Source: an uncultured Syntrophorhabdus sp.
GTDB taxonomy: Bacteria > Desulfobacterota > Syntrophorhabdia > Syntrophorhabdales > Syntrophorhabdaceae
Assembly (NCBI GenBank): GCA_964528665.1
Contig: CAZGTB010000069.1
Coordinates: 1 to 21,529 of the forward strand
Direction: 5' to 3'
Length of the DNA stretch: 21,529 nt
Positions 17,012 through 21,529 of the stretch are shown here, piece by piece (within the stretch, counting starts at the first letter, position 1; each line of letters opens with the position of its first letter). The notes beneath the pieces are model-generated. The model was given only the letters and a program-made list of their open reading frames with translations, made no database searches and was not told the origin of the DNA. The translations under genes and the position numbers were made by a program.

Positions 17012-17211
17012 GTTACCTACTTGGGACGTACAGACCAAGCTAATCATCCATTAAACCTTCCTCCATAATTCCGTAGTTTGAGGATTCAGGTACATCGCCA
17101 CACAGTTAAACCAAGATATGAAAGCCCATCTGAAGTGCATGATTGAGACACTATCTAATAGTCAGCTATCCTTCCGCTCATTGGCTTTTGTACTGGACAA
17201 CACGGCACGAT

Positions 17212-17228
17212 AGTTGCACGTTTGCCGA
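17212..17228 (+). promoter_or_regulatory. Sigma-54 (-24/-12) promoter upstream of ubiX
   Basis: cGGCACgatagTTGCAc has GG at 17213-17214 and GC at 17225-17226, with the exact 10-nt spacing. It lies about 43 nt upstream of the ubiX ATG, which has a TAGGAGGT SD. Confidence 0.7.
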
Positions 17229-17268
17229 CCAATCATTCTAATCTATCTCTACATTAGGAGGTATAAAT

Positions 17269-17853
17269 ATGACTAGGATCGTTATTGGTATATCGGGAGC
17301 AACGGGCGTGATATACGGGATACGGATGTTGAAAGCCCTTGACGAGAGTGGAGTGGAGACTCACCTGGTCATCACCCAGTCAGCTATTAAGAATATGCTG
17401 ATTGAAACAGAATACACCATGGCAGATCTCGAACCCTTCGCGTCAAAAATCTATGACGTGGATGATGTGGGCGCAGCTATTGCCAGTGGTTCCTTTCCGG
17501 TGGATGGGATGGTCATAGCGCCTTGCTCTATAAAAACCCTTTCCGCTGTGGCAAATTCATTCAACTATAATCTCCTCATTAGGGCGGCTGATGTTAATCT
17601 TAAAGAAAGGAGGAGACTCGTTTTGCTTGTGAGGGAAACCCCTTTCCATGAGGGACATCTCGATCTCATGATGCGAGTAACACGAATGGGCGGTGTTATT
17701 ATGCCCCCGGTGCCTGCTTTCTACCATATGCCAAAAACTATAGAAGATATCATCAATCAGTCTGTCGGCAAGGTTCTTGATCTCTTTTCGATCGATGCCT
17801 CTCTCTTCAGGCGATGGGGCACCAGTCCAAAGGAAGAAATGAAGATTGTTTAG
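17269..17853 (+). CDS. ubiX: UbiX-family flavin prenyltransferase (prFMN synthase)
   Basis: A 194-aa protein carrying RIVIGISGATGVIYGIRMLKAL, THLVITQSA, MVIAPCSIKTLSAVANSF..NLLIRAADV.LKERR.LVL..RETP and MPPVPAFYH. These are the canonical UbiX/Pad1 motifs. Confidence 0.93.
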   Translation: MTRIVIGISGATGVIYGIRMLKALDESGVETHLVITQSAIKNMLIETEYTMADLEPFASKIYDVDDVGAAIASGSFPVDGMVIAPCSIKTLSAVANSFNYNLLIRAADVNLKERRRLVLLVRETPFHEGHLDLMMRVTRMGGVIMPPVPAFYHMPKTIEDIINQSVGKVLDLFSIDASLFRRWGTSPKEEMKIV

Positions 17854-17913
17854 AAATAGATAAAGTAACGAAAGTTGTTATTTTATGCAAAGGAGGGAAT
17901 ATAAGGGTGCTGA

Positions 17914-18135
17914 TGACCTGTCCCCAATAAACCGGTCCAGGTGTTGAGGTATACTCTGGGCTGAATTTGACATAGGGAGGCAGAAAGAATGAAGAAGAAT
18001 GGGTTCACAACGGAACAGATCATCGGCAAGCTCAGGGAGGCTATGTGTTTCTCCCATAGGGCGACATGGCCAGGCAAGAAATTAGTTGGCTTGGGATCAC
18101 CGGGCCATACCATCTTTCGCTGTGCCGGCTAATCT
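17914..18135 (+). mobile_element. Decayed IS3-family (IS407-group-like) left end: terminal repeat plus frameshifted orfA stub
   Basis: TGACCTGTCCCC starts at 17914, and IS3-family ends begin with TG. An SD plus ATG at 17989 opens MKKNGFTTEQIIGKLREA, the typical IS3 OrfA N-terminus. The HTH continues only after a frame change (LGITGPYHLSLCRL versus the consensus LGIS..TFYRWRK), with a stop in between. The rest of the element is absent. Confidence 0.6.
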
Positions 18136-18376
18136 ATTTCAATCCGTAATGTTCAATTTTACAGGAAATTACCATACAACCTTTGTAGGTGCAAGTCGCT
18201 ATTTTTTATCATCAACCACTTTTGAAAAATTGTCCCGGGAAATTCTACCAAAAGTCTTTTTGAAACAACCGAGATTGTGTCATTCTCGTGCATACCAAAT
18301 TACAAATGGTAATCTCCCTTGCAGTACATACCCATCAAGCGGCGTTGTCGTAAATATGCTTGACTTATACAATTCC

Positions 18377-18404
18377 TTGACAGATTAACAAAACATGCTA
18401 ATCT
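18377..18404 (+). promoter_or_regulatory. Sigma-70-type promoter upstream of the small ORF and radical-SAM gene
   Basis: -35 TTGACA (18377-18382), a 16-nt spacer and an extended -10 TGcTAATCT (18396-18404). Confidence 0.4.
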
Positions 18405-18413
18405 TTTATTAAA

Positions 18414-18431
18414 GTTGATGTATTTATCAAC
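18414..18431. promoter_or_regulatory. Perfect palindrome GTTGAT-N6-ATCAAC between promoter and SD (possible operator)
   Basis: GTTGAT at 18414-18419 and ATCAAC at 18426-18431. It lies just downstream of the predicted -10 and about 10 nt upstream of the SD. Confidence 0.4.
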
Positions 18432-18457
18432 TATTTACATGAAAGGGGGTGTTTGTT

Positions 18458-18562
18458 GTGAAGAGGGCATTAGACAAAAAAGTATTGGAAAAAGAAGCGA
18501 CCTTCTGGCTGAATGCTAAAATTATTCATGCTAAATCGGCAACGAAGAAATGCCACAAGTGA
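18458..18562 (+). CDS. Unannotated 34-aa Lys-rich small ORF (candidate precursor peptide): MKRALDKKVLEKEATFWLNAKIIHAKSATKKCHK
   Basis: GTG start at 18458, 8 nt after the strong SD GAAAGGGGG, with an in-frame alternative GTG at 18449. TGA stop at 18560-18562. It is too short for the supplied ORF track. It sits 100-105 nt upstream of the radical-SAM/SPASM gene on the same strand. Confidence 0.45.
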   Translation: MKRALDKKVLEKEATFWLNAKIIHAKSATKKCHK

Positions 18563-18615
18563 AAAAGCTGAAAGGGTTAAACCCCAATGTTGCAGGTCTG
18601 CAACATTTATTGCGA

Positions 18616-18655
18616 CAGGCAGACAGGACTTTCATCTTGTCTGCCTGATTCTTTG
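18616..18655 (+). terminator. Hairpin/attenuator between the small ORF and the radical-SAM gene
   Basis: A perfect 10-bp stem pairs CAGGCAGACA (18616-18625) with TGTCTGCCTG (18638-18647). The loop is 12 nt and is followed by the moderately U-rich ATTCTTTG. A second small hairpin, GTTGCAG-gt-CTGCAAC, lies at 18589-18604. Confidence 0.5.
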
Positions 18656-18666
18656 AGAAATTGACT

Positions 18667-19728
18667 ATGACAACATCCAACAAACCCATGGAATTTTTCT
18701 TCCAGTGGCATCTTACTGAGCGATGTAACCTCAGATGCAGCCATTGCTATCAGGAAAGCAATCAGATGGAAGAGGTCTCTCTTGCCAATGCAAAAAAGAT
18801 CGTCGATACGGCGTATGGTACGATCAAGAGCTGGTCCGACGCCTACGAAATCGATTTTTCGCCAAGCTTTAATGTAACCGGCGGTGAACCTTTCCAGTCT
18901 TCCTATCTACAGGATATCCTCCACTACCTTATGGTAAAGGGATTTGACATATTCTTACTCACCAACGGGACGATGATCGACAGGGGAAAAGCACACATGC
19001 TGGCTGAGATCCCGGTTCAAGGTGTTCAGGTGAGCATCGAGGGACCGGAGGAGGTCCATGACCAAATCAGAGGCAAGGGCAGTTTCAAAAAGGCTATCAA
19101 CGGCGTCGACCAGCTTCTGAGTACAGGCCTTTCGGTCACTCTCAACGTGACCCTTTCGGATATTAATTGTGACTATTTGGGAGAATTAGTGGATCTTGCA
19201 GCGTCAGTGGGCGCCCAGCGACTTGGTTTCTCCAGGCTCGTTCCTTACGGCAGGGGCAAAGACCTCATTGACAGGATGATCCCGAAGAAGAAATTAAGGC
19301 AGGTCTATAGGGAAGTCTTGGAAATAAGGAATGAGAAGGTCCACATTGCTACAGGCGATCCTGTTGCGTCGCAGATGGGTGAAGAAGTAGATGATGGAAA
19401 TTCTGCCATACCTCTGGGAGGTTGCGCTGCTGGGGTCTCTGGCATAACTATCCTTCCGGACGGAACACTCACCCCATGCAGGAGATTTGGCATCCCCATC
19501 GGCAACATCCTCAATGATAAGCTCAGAGAAATATGGGCAGTGTCGCCGGTTCTTGAGTCGCTCCGGACTAAAGCAGCGTATAAAGGGAAATGTGGCAGGT
19601 GTCCACGATGGTCACAATGCCGGGGCTGCCGGGCCATAGCCTACGCATACTCCCTCTCCTGCGGGAAGGAAGACTATCTCGCCGAAGATCCGCAATGTTT
19701 TATTGATAATTCTTCATCTTATGCGTGA
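18667..19728 (+). CDS. Radical SAM enzyme with a full C-terminal SPASM domain (PqqE/AhbD/anSME-like); no N-terminal RRE domain
   Basis: CNLRCSHCY (CxxxCxxC) lies within the first ~30 residues, and GGEP is present. The SPASM pattern is visible as GGC-x12-G-x4-C (GGCAAGVSGITILPDGTLTPC), then CGRCPRWSQCRGC (C-x2-C-x5-C-x2-C), then DPQC. The start is ATG 18667, with TTG 18661 and ATG 18688 as alternatives. Confidence 0.9.
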   Translation: MTTSNKPMEFFFQWHLTERCNLRCSHCYQESNQMEEVSLANAKKIVDTAYGTIKSWSDAYEIDFSPSFNVTGGEPFQSSYLQDILHYLMVKGFDIFLLTNGTMIDRGKAHMLAEIPVQGVQVSIEGPEEVHDQIRGKGSFKKAINGVDQLLSTGLSVTLNVTLSDINCDYLGELVDLAASVGAQRLGFSRLVPYGRGKDLIDRMIPKKKLRQVYREVLEIRNEKVHIATGDPVASQMGEEVDDGNSAIPLGGCAAGVSGITILPDGTLTPCRRFGIPIGNILNDKLREIWAVSPVLESLRTKAAYKGKCGRCPRWSQCRGCRAIAYAYSLSCGKEDYLAEDPQCFIDNSSSYA

Positions 19729-19782
19729 CGGCATAAGGTCTGATGCTTACACTATTGTAAAATTCTTTTAAAGGAGCATGTT

Positions 19783-20328
19783 ATGGCGAAATGGAATATT
19801 GATCCGGATCACACAGTCGGTGAATTCACCATTAAACACATGATGGTAACTCCCGTCCATGGTCAGTTTAACAAAGTTTCTGGCACAATCTTCTTCGATC
19901 CCGCTGATCCGGCCAGTGCTTCAGTCGAGATAGAAATCGATATGGCAGGTATTTACACTGGTGTAGATCGCAGGGATAACCATCTTCAAAGCGCTGATTT
20001 TTTTGATGTAGAAAAATATCCCACAATGCACTTCAAGAGTACCCTTATTGAGGTGGTTGGGCTCAATCACTGTAAGGTCAACGGTGATCTCACAATTCAC
20101 GGAATAACCCGGTCCGTGATGTTTGATGTTATATTTAATGGTCCTTCGCGATTCTTCGACGAGGAAGAAAACCAGATGTATACCACATTCGGCTTCCGTG
20201 CCACCACGTGCATCAATCGCGAAGACTTCGGATTGAAGTGGAATCTTGGTATAGAAGATGGCGGCTTCATGGTGGGTAAGCATGTGGACATCGTCTTTAA
20301 TGCCGAGGCAGATCTATTAAATGAATAA
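19783..20328 (+). CDS. YceI-family (lipid/polyisoprenoid-binding beta-barrel) protein, no signal peptide
   Basis: WNIDPDHTVGEFTIKHMMVTPVHGQFNKVSGTIFFDP, RDNHLQSADFFDVEKYPTMHFKST, GDLTIHGITRSV and INREDFGL are the canonical YceI-like domain motifs. AAAGGAG SD. The gene starts 55 nt after the radical-SAM stop. Confidence 0.9.
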   Translation: MAKWNIDPDHTVGEFTIKHMMVTPVHGQFNKVSGTIFFDPADPASASVEIEIDMAGIYTGVDRRDNHLQSADFFDVEKYPTMHFKSTLIEVVGLNHCKVNGDLTIHGITRSVMFDVIFNGPSRFFDEEENQMYTTFGFRATTCINREDFGLKWNLGIEDGGFMVGKHVDIVFNAEADLLNE

Positions 20329-20561
20329 AAGGGGTATATTGCTATCTGACGGAGGAATGAGGGGAATAGTTATGGCATACTTCTATTGGTAATCGATAAA
20401 CTTTAGCCACCATGATTCTGTTTAGTAGTAGGTGCAGTCAATAAATACAAGGTATGCTTTTTACAGTACCAACGCGCCCGCGCGCAAGAGAGCATTTCTT
20501 ACAGCCCTGCTCCGTGGAAAAAGGCTCACAACCACGAGGTGTCGGAAGAAACAACACATCT

Positions 20562-20616
20562 CCATTTCCGCAACCTCAAGTTCTTGTCAGACGCAATCAA
20601 GACGTTGCGGAGATGG
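20562..20616. other. Long imperfect hairpin in a non-coding region
   Basis: CCATTTCCGCAAC (20562-20574) pairs with GTTGCGGAGATGG (20604-20616), giving 13 bp with one G-T. A nested TCTTG/CAAGA stem sits in the 29-nt loop. A further 7-bp hairpin, CTGTCAA-N14-TTGACAG, lies at 20655-20682. Confidence 0.4.
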
Positions 20617-20784
20617 TTTAGTAACCCGACGGTGTTAGTTTCCTGATGAGGTACCTGTCAATAACAGAGCGGTTCTTGACAGACAAAGTCTAGGCATTTC
20701 TCGGGTAGACTCGACACTCCAAGGATACGGTGACTCCATCAGCATTAAGTCATCTCAATTAACCCCAATATCGAAAATGGAATC

Positions 20785-20888
20785 CTTATTTGTTTGAAGA
20801 TCGCTGCTTGAAATAAGGGAATTAGTCCAGATCAATTCATTTCAAATAACACATTTCTTATTTCTTTAAAAATCGCTGCATAAGGAAG
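20785..20888 (+). repeat. Two tandem copies (72-nt period) of a ~30-nt hairpin-forming unit
   Basis: CTTATTTGTTTGAAGATCGCTGC (20785-20807) matches CTTATTTCTTTAAAAATCGCTGC (20857-20879) in 20 of 23 positions. Each is followed by (ttgaa)ATAAGG, which can pair back with the leading CCTTAT(TT). Confidence 0.5.
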
Positions 20889-21013
20889 GTAGAGGAAATG
20901 AAGATGATTTACGGACTTCACCTAAAAGTCTTGCGAGTTACTTACAAGAACAGTTGCACATTACTGGATAAAAGACAGTAACGAAGCGGCGCTGAGCGCT
21001 TGGTTCTGGCTTC

Positions 21014-21475
21014 CTATTTTCTCAGAAGCATGAGTTCATAGAGATCAGCCCCCGCTGCTGCCTTCACGACCGATGGTTTCTCGACCATTTCTGCCAGTAT
21101 GTCATTCAGGCGGTGGATTGCTACGCCGGCTTTCTCCAGTAGGCCAAGCTCCTCTTCGTGTTTGACCGTTCCAACAACAAGTTCCTTCGTCCACAAACCG
21201 GCGCAAAGACGATTCCTCAACTCGACCTTCCGGGATTGGTTGAACTTCGCATCCACCCACTCATGTACGCCTTGTGTCAGTTGGGCTGTGTCTCTCTTCT
21301 TTGCGTTGTGAGGAGCGATACCCTTCTGTTTACGGATGGCCGCAGGCACTTTCGTGATGTAGGAGATAGGGTTTATGGAGACTTGGACCTCTATATGGCG
21401 GCACTCATGCTGTCCATCGGAGAGTGGCCGGATCGCGAGGATGTCGATTTCATCCACTCCGATTTTGACTCCCCG
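21014..21475 (-). pseudogene. 5'-truncated ORF with a PD-(D/E)xK-nuclease-like core, cut by an IS end
   Basis: GVDEIDILAIRP...HIEVQVS resembles the D...(D/E)IDILA...E-x-K nuclease core. The frame stays open to the window edge, but from 21476 onward it reads through IS terminal-repeat sequence. The expected N-terminal ~30-40 aa of such a fold are missing. Confidence 0.4.
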
Positions 21476-21529
21476 TGACCTGTCCCCCAAAAACTGTACA
21501 ACCTGAGAATAGAGATTAGGTATACTACA
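21476..21529 (+). mobile_element. Left terminal repeat of a second IS3-family element running off the window
   Basis: TGACCTGTCCCCCAAAAAC...TAGGTATACT parallels the 17914 end, TGACCTGTCCCC-AATAAAC...GAGGTATACT. The first 12 nt are identical and a second 9-nt block sits at a similar offset, in the same orientation. The orfA start would lie just beyond the window. Confidence 0.5.

Noticed and set aside
18439-18519. An alternative small ORF in another frame, MKGGVCCEEGIRQKSIGKRSDLLAEC (ATG 18439), with a Cys-Cys pair and a C-terminal Cys that would suit a thioether RiPP
   Set aside because: There is no SD upstream of this ATG. The strong GAAAGGGGG SD lies inside it and is correctly spaced for the GTG 18458 frame instead. 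It is kept as a fallback to test, but the 34-aa frame is better supported.
18559-18648. A second small ORF (GTG overlapping the TGA of the first as GTGA; MKKLKGLNPNVAGLQHLLRQADRTFILSA) just before the rSAM gene
   Set aside because: The region is almost entirely taken up by two hairpins (18589-18604 and 18616-18647), including a perfect 10-bp stem. An RNA structure (attenuator) explains it better than coding, and there is no separate SD.
20643-20690. CUGAUGA followed by a hairpin and GACAAAGUC, superficially hammerhead-ribozyme-like
   Set aside because: The stem (CTGTCAA/TTGACAG) is not flush with CUGAUGA. The following box is CAAAG rather than GAAA, and no helix I/III pairing with a UH cleavage site can be drawn. 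A 7-mer like CUGAUGA is expected a few times by chance on two strands of 21.5 kb.
20785-20888. Two similar ~23-nt repeats that might be a CRISPR remnant
   Set aside because: There are only two copies with three mismatches. No cas genes or leader are present, and the units fold as hairpins with their own flanks. A MITE/REP-like or structural repeat is more likely.

Overview
All calls were made by eye from motifs, so family assignments are recognition-level and starts are approximate. The gene content (sigma-54 regulon, radical-SAM, Fe-S proteins, UbiD/UbiX) suggests an anaerobic bacterium, but the taxon cannot be fixed from sequence alone.

Layout:
- 1-780: decayed accessory DNA. It holds a RelE/Gp49-like toxin fragment, a duplicated 19-nt att-like repeat next to a tRNA-3'-half-like stretch, and 11-bp-phased TGTGCC repeats.
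- 978-4411: an ArnT/PMT-type GT-C glycosyltransferase convergent with an OmpR-family response regulator and histidine kinase pair.
- 4876-5763: an OmpA-family gene broken by two in-frame stops but keeping its SD and a textbook terminator.
- 6130-15364, all on the minus strand: UbiD-like decarboxylase, AMP-forming CoA ligase, TAXI-TRAP receptor, fused TRAP permease, MFS transporter, a DUF6125-like protein and a QueG/RdhA-like 2x[4Fe-4S] protein.
- 15365-17853: a divergent PAS-AAA+-Fis sigma-54 activator followed by ubiX. Clean -24/-12 promoters precede both the ubiD-like operon and ubiX, and a three-half-site palindrome lies between the divergent genes.
- 17914-21529: an IS-scarred patch. It starts with a decayed IS3-family left end plus orfA stub and ends at a second related IS left end at the window edge, which appears to truncate a PD-(D/E)xK-like ORF.

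That patch contains a compact unannotated cassette: promoter, palindrome, SD, a 34-aa Lys-rich ORF, a hairpin, a radical-SAM/SPASM enzyme and a signal-less YceI-family protein.

The two most interesting items are this candidate RiPP-like cassette and the sigma-54-wired ligase/UbiD/UbiX/TAXI-TRAP module. The latter is probably an anaerobic aromatic carboxylate activation-decarboxylation route of the phthalate-isomer type.
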